Virus record (IMG/VR): IMGVR_UViG_3300030376_003660
Location: 1 to 33,896 of that record
Strand: one strand, 5' to 3'
Length of the DNA stretch: 33,896 nucleotides
Source of the DNA: a virus
Lineage: Duplodnaviria > Caudoviricetes
The translations under genes were made by a program, and so were the position numbers. This document shows positions 8,396 through 18,152 of this stretch, in pieces (position 1 is the first letter of the stretch; every line of letters starts with the position of its first letter). The notes under the pieces were generated by a model. That model was not told where the DNA came from. It worked only from the letters and a program-made list of their open reading frames with translations, and did not search any database.

Positions 8396-9762
8396 TTGCC
8401 CTCGCTAAAACGCTTGAGCATAATATCAAGCTCATCATCAGACAGTTTTTCTACGTCTACATTAACCAAATCGCTGTAAGGAATTGATGCGATGCTTAAG
8501 CCTGATCCTGACTCTAGCTGCACATCTGAACCTTGCGCTTGCTCTGGCAATGAGCCTTGAGGCTGTGTACCTGCCGCCCAATCTTTTGTGATGTTCCGCA
8601 AGGCAGAATTTTCTGGTAAAACATCGTTTTGAAGCTTCGCAAATTCTTTAGCAAACTTTGGGTCAACTTGAATACGCAGCAGTGGCGGCAAGCCTTTGCG
8701 CAAGCCCTCAACAGCCAAACGTCGAGCATCACGCTTACGCTTTATAACCTCTTGGTTATCGCCCGGTCGCGGGAAGTACATTTCATTGTAAAGCTGAGTT
8801 TCCCATGCTTGTATGGCCGCGCCTGTGTCTTTACGGATAAGCGGGGTTAAAAACTGCTGGCTTAAGGTTTGTGCTATTTGAAAATCAGGGTTTTGCAACA
8901 TACCACGCGCAAGCCCGGTCGGGTCTTGGTCAAGCAGTTTATTGGGATAAGACGCCAGCGCAGAGTCAAACTTGTCAAGCTGCTCCATAAGCTCATCAGG
9001 TATTCTCGCCGCAAAGCCTAAGTCTTTACTCTGCTGTTCAGTAAGCTTGCTGTTCCCGCCAGAGCCGCCGTAAGTAATCTCAGAGCCATCAGCCGTTCTA
9101 ACGGTAAATGCTTGGCCACCTGACTTGGTGGCCTTTGCTATAGCACTATTTTTGTCTTTTTCACTAATTAGCCCAGCATTGAAGTCTTCCATGATCTTGC
9201 CGACAGTTGATGCCGCACCGCTTTCTTTTGCTGGGGCAACATATGTCGCCTTATTGACGCCAGCTTCGTATTCTTCTACGCTTAGAAGCCCCTCTTTAAA
9301 GTCAGCCGCAAGCTTCCCTAGAGTTGACTGTGGGTCGTAGCCCTTAGCAGCATCCAAGCCAAACACAATTTTGTTATATTCTGGACTTCCCTTTTCAAAG
9401 CCAGCCGCTATAGCCTCCGCGATCTTTTCTTGTAGCGCAGTTGGCTTCGCCGCCGCCGCTTTCTGGCCGCGTATCTGGGCTGCAACTGCTGCCGGGCTTT
9501 GGCTCGCCATAATCAGCGCTTGCTCTTGCTTGGAAAAGCCGCCCTCTGAGACAAGCTTACCGATAAGCTCTTTGCGTTTGCGGTCTTCCTCAATACCAGA
9601 CAACCCCTGATAAGTGCCAAGCCCTGCTTGCACTGCTTGCCCTATAGGCTGGCCTTCCAGCAAGCCCACACCAGTCGTCAGCAAGCCCAAGCTGCCAGAC
9701 AGAGGCATGTTGTTCAGTGTGTTGTTGAGGTTGCCGAATAATCCCTGCATATCTGCCATCAA
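8392..9762 (-). CDS. Putative internal virion (DNA ejection) protein
   Basis: 456 aa, Gly/Leu-rich N-terminus; synteny; 4-bp overlap with next gene. Confidence 0.7.
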   Translation of the reverse strand: MMADMQGLFGNLNNTLNNMPLSGSLGLLTTGVGLLEGQPIGQAVQAGLGTYQGLSGIEEDRKRKELIGKLVSEGGFSKQEQALIMASQSPAAVAAQIRGQKAAAAKPTALQEKIAEAIAAGFEKGSPEYNKIVFGLDAAKGYDPQSTLGKLAADFKEGLLSVEEYEAGVNKATYVAPAKESGAASTVGKIMEDFNAGLISEKDKNSAIAKATKSGGQAFTVRTADGSEITYGGSGGNSKLTEQQSKDLGFAARIPDELMEQLDKFDSALASYPNKLLDQDPTGLARGMLQNPDFQIAQTLSQQFLTPLIRKDTGAAIQAWETQLYNEMYFPRPGDNQEVIKRKRDARRLAVEGLRKGLPPLLRIQVDPKFAKEFAKLQNDVLPENSALRNITKDWAAGTQPQGSLPEQAQGSDVQLESGSGLSIASIPYSDLVNVDVEKLSDDELDIMLKRFSEGK

Positions 9763-9771
9763 GCCAATCCT

Positions 9772-11673
9772 TTATAGTAATCCAAGCAGCCCTAAGCCGC
9801 CGCCGACCAGTGCGCCCATTGGCCCACCGACTGCTGGAAGCAAACCGCCCAAGCTTGCCCCGGTGAGCGCACCGCCCAAGCCGCTTTGCAGCGTTGAAGG
9901 GCCACCGCCGCTTTGCGTAGTGGTTTGCCCAAACAATCCGCTGCCCATGCCAGAAGCTTGCAGCAACGCGTTGATCTGGTTTTGATCCAGTAAGTTCTGC
10001 TGCGCAGCTTGCGCCGCCTGTGCGTCAAGCCCAGCTTGAGCAATCCCGCGATCAAGAGCGCCAAGTTGCGCCGCCTGACTGATGAGCGCTTGATCTGCTC
10101 CAAGCAGACCCGGTGCTGCACCAATCGCCGCCAGCCTAGCCCTTGCGTCAGCTTCAGACGCCGCCGTAAGCTGGTTCGCCAAAGTTGCGTCAATCTGGCG
10201 GCTTGTTTGGTCTGCCCTAAGTTCTCTATCAGCAACGCCTTGGGATGCGTCCACAAACGCGCCACTAGCTTGCAACCGCCGACCCAAATCAGACTGCTCA
10301 GCGCCAAGCAATGATTGCGCGATGTCGGCCTGTTGGCCTATCCCCGCACGGCTCGCGTCTGTCAAAAGCCCGGCAAGCTGCGCATCCCGCGCTAAGCCCA
10401 CGTTACCCGCGTCAACGAGTTGCCCCTGGCCGCTTAGCTGTCTAGCCAAATCTGCTTGGCCAAGCTGCGCTGCCGTAGTCTGGCCTGATAAAGCCCTCGC
10501 AAGATTGTCTTGCTCCGATGCCAGCGCGGCCTGTTCGCCAGATAAAGCTCTGCCAAGGTCTGATTGCTGTAGACCTGCTGCCGTTGTTGCACCTGATAAG
10601 CCACGCGCTAAATCAGCTTGTTGGATGCCAGCCGCACTTTGCGCCGCTTGTAATGCTCTCGCAATATCCTGCTGCTGTGCGCTTACGCCAACTTCTGCCG
10701 CCGCCAACTGCCTTCCGATGTCTTGCCCAGAAACAGAGCCAAGAGCCTGTGCAGCTTGCAATTGTCTTGCTTGGTCTTGCTGTAAGTTTTGCGAAAGAAT
10801 TGGCAAAGCAGCATTGGTTATGCCAGCGCCTAGCGCCCCTGCAAAACTACCAGAACCCAATCTACCGCCCAGAGCATACTGTGAGCTTACCTTATCAATG
10901 GCTCCCTGCATCGCGTTTTGCGCTTGCTGCTGAAGCAATGGATTAGTGCCGCCGCTGGCTAGGCCAGTAAGCAAGCCTGTCGCTGCATTTTGCTGCCCAG
11001 CTATGTTAGAAAGCCCTGACGTATCAGCCGTGCGATTACCCGCCGCCACAATATTGCTTGCGTCCGTTGCACGTTGCGCTGCGTTTAAAACTCCTTGCAA
11101 ATCTGTCGGAGCAGTGCCAGCGGCGCGTAAGGCTGCTGGGTCAACCGCACGATTTGCAGCATTTGTAATGCCGCCCGTATCAACGCCAGCCAATGCGGCC
11201 TGTCTCAGACCTGCTAAGTCTGCACGGTCGCCTAAAACGCCTTGCAATGCAGATGTGTCGATCCCTGCGCCAACTAAATCGTTAAGCGGGTCTAAGCTTT
11301 GTCTAGTGTTGGCTGCTCTGAATAGGGTGCTATAGTCTACCGCCCTCGGCTGAATATCGCCTCTGTTAAGCTGGTCTTGCAATGCTGCCGTGTCAACCGC
11401 GCCGCCCATAAGGCCACCAAGGTTTTGCTGAGCGCTTGCCAGATAGCTAGGGGGTGTTTTGAGCGCCGCACCCGCCGCGTCAATCGCACCTCTTTCAGTG
11501 CCACTTAAACCAGCAACACCCTGCAATTCAGCCTGAGGGTTGAAGTCGCTAACTGCCTCAAACGCTGACGAAAACGGGTTGTAATCAGTGTAAGCTCTTT
11601 TTAAGGCTTTTTCAATCGCAGGGGGTAACGATTGCACGTTTGTGATTGTTTGGCTACCGCCGCCCTTAGACAT
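9772..11673 (-). CDS. Putative DNA ejection/pilot protein with 13-aa and 18-aa repeats
   Basis: Start reassigned to MSKGGG (ATG 11673, RBS AAGGA); A/G/Q-rich; Gly-zipper hydrophobic C-terminus. Confidence 0.75.
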   Translation of the reverse strand: MSKGGGSQTITNVQSLPPAIEKALKRAYTDYNPFSSAFEAVSDFNPQAELQGVAGLSGTERGAIDAAGAALKTPPSYLASAQQNLGGLMGGAVDTAALQDQLNRGDIQPRAVDYSTLFRAANTRQSLDPLNDLVGAGIDTSALQGVLGDRADLAGLRQAALAGVDTGGITNAANRAVDPAALRAAGTAPTDLQGVLNAAQRATDASNIVAAGNRTADTSGLSNIAGQQNAATGLLTGLASGGTNPLLQQQAQNAMQGAIDKVSSQYALGGRLGSGSFAGALGAGITNAALPILSQNLQQDQARQLQAAQALGSVSGQDIGRQLAAAEVGVSAQQQDIARALQAAQSAAGIQQADLARGLSGATTAAGLQQSDLGRALSGEQAALASEQDNLARALSGQTTAAQLGQADLARQLSGQGQLVDAGNVGLARDAQLAGLLTDASRAGIGQQADIAQSLLGAEQSDLGRRLQASGAFVDASQGVADRELRADQTSRQIDATLANQLTAASEADARARLAAIGAAPGLLGADQALISQAAQLGALDRGIAQAGLDAQAAQAAQQNLLDQNQINALLQASGMGSGLFGQTTTQSGGGPSTLQSGLGGALTGASLGGLLPAVGGPMGALVGGGLGLLGLL

Positions 11674-11674
11674 A

Positions 11675-12091
11675 TCACAATTCCTTCTTATAAGTAATGT
11701 AAGCCTGACCCCAGCCAAGCGGTTCAAGATACCTTGACCACGCTCGCCGCCCGTAGCCTTCTAGGTGGGTGCATCCGTTTCGCTTGGCGTGTTCTTCAAC
11801 CGCCGATTGCGATAACTGAAGCCATTCTTTCATTCGTGTTCCACCGATGAAATCCATCGCTAATGCTTTGGTCTTCGGATAAGTTATAATTCGTGTTGTG
11901 ATCGCACCAACAAACTCGCCACTGGCTTCATCAACAGCCGCCCAAACAACGTAAATGCCAGCTAAAGCGCCAGCGTACACATCATCCAAGTCAATAACCT
12001 CAGGGTTTAAACTGACGGCTTTACCAAGCAACGGGGAGACATGCGGCCAAACACTAGGCAGCAGATTTGGGTGGATTGCTGTAAATTTCAT
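11675..12091 (-). CDS. Virion assembly protein, possible GNAT-like fold
   Basis: AKRNGCTHLEGYGRRAWSRYL pattern; position just before the ejection genes. Confidence 0.6.
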   Translation of the reverse strand: MKFTAIHPNLLPSVWPHVSPLLGKAVSLNPEVIDLDDVYAGALAGIYVVWAAVDEASGEFVGAITTRIITYPKTKALAMDFIGGTRMKEWLQLSQSAVEEHAKRNGCTHLEGYGRRAWSRYLEPLGWGQAYITYKKEL

Positions 12092-12411
12092 CCGATCACA
12101 ATGTAGAGGAAGGTTCTGTCCGTCTGGGAGTTATTCGCATGGGTTATTGTAAAACCCTGCTTTGCTCTTGCAGATAGGTACATAGTGCCGCCGCCTTGCT
12201 CAGCAGCAGCATTGGCCGTTGTCGGCGTAAATAGAATTACGCTGTCTGGCCCTGCGCGGTAGTCAGTCACCGCCGTAGAAGCAGCGCTTGCCGTAAGCGT
12301 TACGCTGCCAGTAGAGTTAAACTTGCCGTCAATCAGAAGATTAACAGCAAAGGCAACCTGCCGTGGCGTTGCGCCATCAGAAGGTAGCTTAACATAGTTG
12401 AAGTCGGTCAT
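12088..12411 (-). CDS. Small tail structural protein
   Basis: 107 aa, beta-rich, 4-bp overlaps with both neighbours. Confidence 0.65.
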   Translation of the reverse strand: MTDFNYVKLPSDGATPRQVAFAVNLLIDGKFNSTGSVTLTASAASTAVTDYRAGPDSVILFTPTTANAAAEQGGGTMYLSARAKQGFTITHANNSQTDRTFLYIVIG

Positions 12412-13865
12412 CTGCGGCCCATGCCAACAGCGTCAACATCAACGCCTAAAGCGTAACGCCAAGTACCGCTGACATTCACCCGCACCCGGTGGTAACGCCC
12501 ACTGCTTCGCGCTGGGCAGTTGTTATCATCGTTAAGCGAAACCGCCGTGCTAAAGCTGGGGCTGTCGATTTGTCTTGAGCGTGAGCCAACTTGGACGCTA
12601 AGCGTGGGCGCAGTGCTGCGAGATGTGACATATGGCGTTATGCCTCGGATTAACGATTGCCGCATGGTGGCTGGCTCAAACTCGGTCGTTTCCAGAACGG
12701 CAGCAAGCGGTGCGCCAGTAAGCGTGTGTATCTTTTTATCTTTGCTGGCGCTTAGCTGGAAGAACCCACCAGCGTAAAACCTGCTGTCCAGTGACGTTGT
12801 TAAGCCGTCTAGGCTGCTGTTTAAGTTATCTAAGCTCTCCACTGTAAAGCTTGGCGTTAGGGAAGACGCCAAAAGCTCATGCTCAAGCTCCGCAATAGAC
12901 CAGCGCTGCACGGCATAGTTATACACCAAAATCTTATCAGGGTTGCCTACACCGCTGACTGAGGGATAGCCCCACATAACCACTTGGTTTTCGGGGTCAA
13001 TCGCACAGCTTATCCTGTCTGAGTTGGCAAAGTCCAAGTCGCCAAAGAAAAACTGGTCAACCTTCTCTGCGCCAATCGGGATGCTGCGCTGGCCGTCAAA
13101 CATAAAGAAACCATCGTCAGCCAAGTAGAACACCTGAGTTGGCCCAAGTGAGGCAATACTGTTGGGGTAGTTACACCCGTGGCCTGTCTCAACCTTTTCA
13201 AAGGTGAAGACTAGAGGCGATCCAACGTATTGCATCCGCGCAATAGCTCGCTCCATAAGCACCACGCCAAACTCACCGCCGACCAAGCCAGTGATATACC
13301 CAGCATCAGGTATGTCTTGGAAGTCAGCCTGATTGCTGCCGATAGTCCAGCTAGAGGCATCGTTAATTGCAGACCAGCGTACCCGACTGCGATGCGTTGC
13401 TGAGCTATAGGTCACGTTTGCCGTCACCACAAAGTCACGCACCACAGCTAAATGCCTAGCCGCTGGCGCACCGCTTATCGCAGAAAAAGCGCTGTCAGTG
13501 CCTATCGTAAAGCCCTGCAAAACATCGCTGTCAGAGCCAGCAGCAATAACCTCATCGCCAAACCTGACAAAATCCCAATACATATCGCTGGTCATCGTGT
13601 AACCAGAGTTAGTGCTGTCTAAGCTGAAGTCAGAGTTGTCCAGCTTGTAAAGCTTGTCGTCATCGCCAGCAAAGGTAATCACAGTGCCGTCCGTGGCCTT
13701 AGTCGCGTATATACCGCGCAGCCTTTCCGTAGCCGCCGCAGAAACTTCGGTCAAACCAGCAAACGGCCTATACCCACGCGCAGCAGGTAAAACATTGGTC
13801 GCAATAGTTGAACCGGGGTTCTGCAAGTCAGATTGGTCAGGTAGCCATTCGCCAAAAGGTATCAT
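12408..13865 (-). CDS. Tail hub/nozzle (packaged-DNA stabilisation, P22 gp10-like) protein
   Basis: 485 aa, beta-propeller-like composition, RVRWSAIND..W motif, synteny. Confidence 0.75.
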   Translation of the reverse strand: MIPFGEWLPDQSDLQNPGSTIATNVLPAARGYRPFAGLTEVSAAATERLRGIYATKATDGTVITFAGDDDKLYKLDNSDFSLDSTNSGYTMTSDMYWDFVRFGDEVIAAGSDSDVLQGFTIGTDSAFSAISGAPAARHLAVVRDFVVTANVTYSSATHRSRVRWSAINDASSWTIGSNQADFQDIPDAGYITGLVGGEFGVVLMERAIARMQYVGSPLVFTFEKVETGHGCNYPNSIASLGPTQVFYLADDGFFMFDGQRSIPIGAEKVDQFFFGDLDFANSDRISCAIDPENQVVMWGYPSVSGVGNPDKILVYNYAVQRWSIAELEHELLASSLTPSFTVESLDNLNSSLDGLTTSLDSRFYAGGFFQLSASKDKKIHTLTGAPLAAVLETTEFEPATMRQSLIRGITPYVTSRSTAPTLSVQVGSRSRQIDSPSFSTAVSLNDDNNCPARSSGRYHRVRVNVSGTWRYALGVDVDAVGMGRR

Positions 13866-14560
13866 TGATTAAGCCAACTTTCTGAGCCAGCGCTTTGCTG
13901 GGCAAATGCAATATTCGATGCGGCCAAGTCTGACCAAGCTTCGCTTCCGACAGGCACATCCGACCAAGCCTCACTGCCAGCGGCAATGTCAGACCAAGCC
14001 TCGCCACCAGCGGCTATATCGCCCCACGCCTCGCCCAACTTTTCAGCGTCTAAGCTGACCGTTATGGCGACTTGAGGCGAAGCCGAAGCACCCGCCGCTA
14101 TCAAAGAGCTTGCAAGCGATGTCACCGCAATGCTGGCCGCCGCCGTACTGCTCAGCACAGCCTTGGCTTCGCCCGTTGCGCTTGCAGCTAAGCTCAAGCT
14201 TGCGCTGATTTGTTGCACACGCTTCGCAGACGCCGCCTCGGTCAGAGCAATGCTGACGCTTGCCGCCATGGACACAGTAAACCGCGCCGTAGACGCCACA
14301 GAAGCAGCGCCCGTAACGCTAGCGGAAGCGTTTTGAACCCGCGTTGCTGTAGTGCTTTGCGTGACCGCAATGCTCGGCGCAGACGCGACCGTTTTTACAT
14401 GCGTGATCCCTGCGCTTGCCGTTGCGCTAAAAGATACAGCAGATGCCGTTTCGAATAGGTTTAGGTTGTCAAGCTGCTCAAGCGTACCAAACGCATCAAG
14501 CGCATCCATAGACCCCCAAGCATCAAGCTGCTCTAGCGTAGGGCCAAGTATCTCAGCCAT
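13862..14560 (-). CDS. Ala/Ser-rich structural protein with C-terminal 10-aa Trp repeats
   Basis: Low-complexity core; (G/S)EAW(S/G)D repeated four times at a 10-residue period. Confidence 0.7.
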   Translation of the reverse strand: MAEILGPTLEQLDAWGSMDALDAFGTLEQLDNLNLFETASAVSFSATASAGITHVKTVASAPSIAVTQSTTATRVQNASASVTGAASVASTARFTVSMAASVSIALTEAASAKRVQQISASLSLAASATGEAKAVLSSTAAASIAVTSLASSLIAAGASASPQVAITVSLDAEKLGEAWGDIAAGGEAWSDIAAGSEAWSDVPVGSEAWSDLAASNIAFAQQSAGSESWLNQ

Positions 14561-14561
14561 G

Positions 14562-14948
14562 TTAAGCTGCCGTTACGTCTAAGTCTCCAGCGGCCACGCG
14601 CAGAATATCGCCAGAAGCTATAGTTTTTGACGCCGAAAACGCGCCGTGGATTAACAGGTTGCCAGAAGATGATGCGTCGAATAGGCCAAAGTGGCTGACC
14701 GCGCCCCAGCTACCAGTAGCCGCAGCAAACTCAATCGCGCCAGAGTTGGACGTTGTGCCACTAGAGGCTGCGCTGAAGCTGGCCGACACGCGAGAGTAGT
14801 TGCTGCCAGACAACTCTGTGCCGCTATTGTCATCGCCAAAAGAGCCAGTGGATAACCCAACGTAAACATTGCTCGGCATGGTGTAAGAACCAGTGCCTAA
14901 CACATGGTCAAGGATTTCGTTTTCTAAATAGTCGCTCATTGCAGACAT
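14562..14948 (-). CDS. Virion structural protein
   Basis: MSAMSDYLENEILDH...WGAVSHFGLFDA...GNLL pattern typical of small phage structural proteins. Confidence 0.75.
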   Translation of the reverse strand: MSAMSDYLENEILDHVLGTGSYTMPSNVYVGLSTGSFGDDNSGTELSGSNYSRVSASFSAASSGTTSNSGAIEFAAATGSWGAVSHFGLFDASSSGNLLIHGAFSASKTIASGDILRVAAGDLDVTAA

Positions 14949-14951
14949 GGG

Positions 14952-15575
14952 TTAAACTCCTGCGTAATCCGATTTCATTGCTAAAGGCCCACCGTAAAAA
15001 GCCTTCTCGTTGTCCTGCTTGATTTCCTGCATCGCACGCGAAAACAGAGCGTCATACTGGTTAGCCCTAGCCTCGTCCAAGAGGTACAAATACGCAGCGT
15101 GCAGCGCTCCATACAGATATGCGTCTGGATGGCGGCTAAGTATGGTGTTTGTCGTGTTGCTGTCAGACAGGGCAGATATGCTCTCGGAATAGATTATCTC
15201 AATCGTCATCGCGCTATCAGGGATGGGCCGAAGGGCAATCTCCGCGCCGATCACAGTGTAAATCTTAGGGCGACCACCGCCAGATGAGGCGTAGGTTTCA
15301 TAGTAATCCTTGGGTGAGGCGTACTCTAGGATGTCAACCGGGTCAGTGTTTAGCTTAACCAAGCGTATCTTGCGCAAGTCAGTTGGTAGGCTGACAAACT
15401 CATCGCTGGCCGATGTGGTCGCCGTGGCACGCTTTTCTTGTGAACGGGTGTCTAGCTCACGGCTCATGCGTGCTTCAGCAATATCAATGTATTCTGGTAT
15501 TCGAGACGTCAGGTCATCCCGCGCCAAGAAGTTGGCTACCGATGTCTGAAGCTCAGCATAAGTCGTGATTGCCAT
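14952..15575 (-). CDS. Head-tail adaptor protein
   Basis: MAITTYAELQ...PDAYLYGAL; size and position after the capsid gene. Confidence 0.75.
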   Translation of the reverse strand: MAITTYAELQTSVANFLARDDLTSRIPEYIDIAEARMSRELDTRSQEKRATATTSASDEFVSLPTDLRKIRLVKLNTDPVDILEYASPKDYYETYASSGGGRPKIYTVIGAEIALRPIPDSAMTIEIIYSESISALSDSNTTNTILSRHPDAYLYGALHAAYLYLLDEARANQYDALFSRAMQEIKQDNEKAFYGGPLAMKSDYAGV

Positions 15576-15895
15576 TACACTGTACCGCCAGAAGTTCTAA
15601 AGAAACGATTGTCATAGTCGTTTAGCCATTTGCGCCAAGCTTTCGGGTTTTGCTTGGGCTGGCCAAATCTCTCTATGAGTTGGTAGTAAAGCGGGGCTGG
15701 TATCTCAGCGACCTTTTGCTTGTGCTTCTGAGTATTGCCGATAAGCGAACCGGGTCGCCATTCGTTTGCCTCACGCTTTGCTGCGTCGATGATTGGATCA
15801 AGGTTTATCTCTGTGCTGACATGGTTGCCGTCAACGTCAGAGTGAAAGAATGTCTTTTTGCCCTTCTCAGGGTCAGCGCTGATAAGCTTTTTCAT
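15575..15895 (-). CDS. Conserved hypothetical virion-module protein (106 aa)
   Basis: Start reassigned to MKKLISAD (ATG 15895, RBS GGAG); the longer track ORF would run through the terminator and the capsid gene. Confidence 0.7.
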   Translation of the reverse strand: MKKLISADPEKGKKTFFHSDVDGNHVSTEINLDPIIDAAKREANEWRPGSLIGNTQKHKQKVAEIPAPLYYQLIERFGQPKQNPKAWRKWLNDYDNRFFRTSGGTV

Positions 15896-15909
15896 TACGT
15901 TCTCCGCAT

Positions 15910-15934
15910 AAAAAAAGGGCGACCGAAGCCGCCC
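15910..15934 (-). terminator. Intrinsic terminator after the major capsid gene
   Basis: GGGCGGC-TTCG-GTCGCCC followed by T7 on the minus strand. Confidence 0.9.
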
Positions 15935-15960
15935 CCTTTGGGTCTTGTGAGTAGTTTTGC

Positions 15961-16905
15961 TTATGAGCCGTTTAGACCGATAACCGCTGCGTGCGCTTTT
16001 GGCGCTTTCACGATCAACGTCCATTCGGACACGATTGCAAACTTGGTGGCGTCACCAGTAGATGCAACGTCAGACACGCTAAACATCCGACCCGGCAGTG
16101 AGCCGATGCAGACGTAATCGGTGTCGATCAGATACATCTCTGAATTTGGACACTGACGGTCAACAGTGACCGAAAGCTCACCAAAGTCTGACAAGTACAA
16201 GCTAACAGAACCGATTATCGCTGCCTCTTTAGGCGCAGTCATGTGCAACTGGTTGGTTGCGACTGAGCCAGAAGACAGACCAGAAAAGTTCTGCTTGTTG
16301 GTTGGTGACATCAGCAACATGTTTGGTGAACCGCCGTCACTGTATGCAGCAAGCATAGCAGCGTCGATTTTCGCCAAAGTAAGTGCAGCCGCAGTACCGG
16401 TCAGGTCAGCAGCGTCAGAGCCGTCACCAGTTGCAAATGCCATGTCACCCGGCTTGTCGCCGTTTGTGATCCAAGTGATTAACTTGGCAGCTTTGCGTGG
16501 GTCAGAGCCAGAACGCGCTTCGTTCTTGTAAAGCGCCTTGTTGATGTCCCGGCGTTGCTCAATGCCTTTCAGCACCTTGACCATTGCCGTTTCTTTGTCA
16601 CGACCAGCTTTGTCTACAACGTCCAGCGTGTTTGAAACGCTAGCAGCTTGTACGCTGATCTGATGGTAATTGCCGTGTCTGACCGTGGGATTGGGGTTGA
16701 CATAACTATAGTCAGCGCCTTCGTTGACATAGTTTGTGTCAACAGCCGCAGCCAATTCTTGCACTTGAAATTCATGGAAAATACCTTTGGTAGTCTCCTT
16801 TTGAGCATTGCTCACAAGTGGGGTTTCGTCGGGATCAATGCGATAAATCACATCACTCAGGTCTTCGCGCTCGCCTATGGCTGAAGCGCTGGTATAAGTA
16901 GCCAT
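15961..16905 (-). CDS. Major capsid protein (DUF5309/SU10-like)
   Basis: IGEREDLSDVIYRIDPDETP N-terminus; RBS GGAGG; follows scaffold; terminator downstream. Confidence 0.9.
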   Translation of the reverse strand: MATYTSASAIGEREDLSDVIYRIDPDETPLVSNAQKETTKGIFHEFQVQELAAAVDTNYVNEGADYSYVNPNPTVRHGNYHQISVQAASVSNTLDVVDKAGRDKETAMVKVLKGIEQRRDINKALYKNEARSGSDPRKAAKLITWITNGDKPGDMAFATGDGSDAADLTGTAAALTLAKIDAAMLAAYSDGGSPNMLLMSPTNKQNFSGLSSGSVATNQLHMTAPKEAAIIGSVSLYLSDFGELSVTVDRQCPNSEMYLIDTDYVCIGSLPGRMFSVSDVASTGDATKFAIVSEWTLIVKAPKAHAAVIGLNGS

Positions 16906-16921
16906 AATGGCCTCCTAAAAG

Positions 16922-17872
16922 TTAGCGGGTTAAGAGGTAATCCACAGCGGCATTGCGGCTGTTGGTCTTCCTCAGTTTGTCAAAAGCTTTACGCTTTCGC
17001 TCTGTTGCAGAGTCGCCCTTAGTCTTAGGTTGCCCACTTTTCACCATCTTAGGTGCTGTCTTTACTTTCTTGGCCGCAATCGGTTTTTGGGACTGCAAGT
17101 TGTCGTAAAGATAAGCCTTACGCATCAAGTCAACATAACGGCTGTCAAGGGTATTACTTAGCTCTTGCGTAGTCCAACCTTTGGTCTGCGCGTAAGTGGT
17201 AATAGCTGCCTTTTCTCGTGCCTCGACTTCTGTATCTTTCCACTCAGGAATGAGTTCCAGAAGCTTGCCTTGTTCTTCGGTCAGCCTGATTTGCCTCATG
17301 CGTAACTGCTCAGCTTGCACAGCTTGTTGTTGTGCTTGCGTGTCACGCTCTTGATCGCGTTGCCTAACATATTCCAGCGGATCATTCTCATACAGTTGAT
17401 CCCAATACGCCTTGTCTTTCGGCTGGGAAGCTTGCTGTAATTGTTGAGTGATAACCTCAAGGGCTTGCTCGTAATGCTGACGAGCTTGCTCAGTGGACGC
17501 TTTCTCAGCCTCAACAGCTTTACGCTGCTCAGCCGCTTCTTGTAGTCTTTTCTGAGCCGTTTTTTCTAGCTGATAGTTCTTGATGAGTTCATCAATCGTG
17601 GCCTCACCATCTTCACCGTCAACTTTGACAGAAAATGTGTCGATAGTCTCAACTTCTTCACTGTCTTCTTCAACTTCCTCAACTTCCATTTCGGCTTGGC
17701 TGTCATCAGCGGCCTCAACTTCCATTTCGTCAGTTTCAGTTGCCTCTACTTCAGTCGCTTCGGCAGTTTGCTCTTGAATATCCTCGCTTACCTCATCGGG
17801 GGCTTGGGTGTCCAAAAGTAAGTTTACAGCATCATGCTGCGAAAGGCTGGATTCACTAGGAGTACCAGACAT
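16922..17872 (-). CDS. Capsid scaffolding protein
   Basis: Acidic N-terminus, VKVDGE...ELIKNYQ, coiled coil, basic C-terminus; start at MSGTP with GGAG RBS. Confidence 0.85.
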   Translation of the reverse strand: MSGTPSESSLSQHDAVNLLLDTQAPDEVSEDIQEQTAEATEVEATETDEMEVEAADDSQAEMEVEEVEEDSEEVETIDTFSVKVDGEDGEATIDELIKNYQLEKTAQKRLQEAAEQRKAVEAEKASTEQARQHYEQALEVITQQLQQASQPKDKAYWDQLYENDPLEYVRQRDQERDTQAQQQAVQAEQLRMRQIRLTEEQGKLLELIPEWKDTEVEAREKAAITTYAQTKGWTTQELSNTLDSRYVDLMRKAYLYDNLQSQKPIAAKKVKTAPKMVKSGQPKTKGDSATERKRKAFDKLRKTNSRNAAVDYLLTR

Positions 17873-17894
17873 AAAAATCTCCAAATTTTAAGGG

Positions 17895-18152
17895 TTATTT
17901 ATGCAAGCCGTCCAACTGCTGTGAGGCCATTTTTCCAGTCTGCACGGCACTCTCAAAGTGACCGCGAAACGACTGCAAAGCCTTCAGCAAATAATACGCT
18001 TGCTCCCGTTCGTCGGTGTCTGACGCAGAGCTTTGCTCCCACGCACTGACATACGACTCGCGGATTTCGTCAAAAGCCTCTTTTACGATTGGGTCACGCA
18101 AAATGGCCGCAGCACGCTGGCCACGGTTACGCTCGGCTTCTAAATCCGTCAT
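17895..18152 (-). CDS. Small helical protein between portal and scaffold
   Basis: 85 aa, 4-bp overlap with portal stop. Confidence 0.75.
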   Translation of the reverse strand: MTDLEAERNRGQRAAAILRDPIVKEAFDEIRESYVSAWEQSSASDTDEREQAYYLLKALQSFRGHFESAVQTGKMASQQLDGLHK

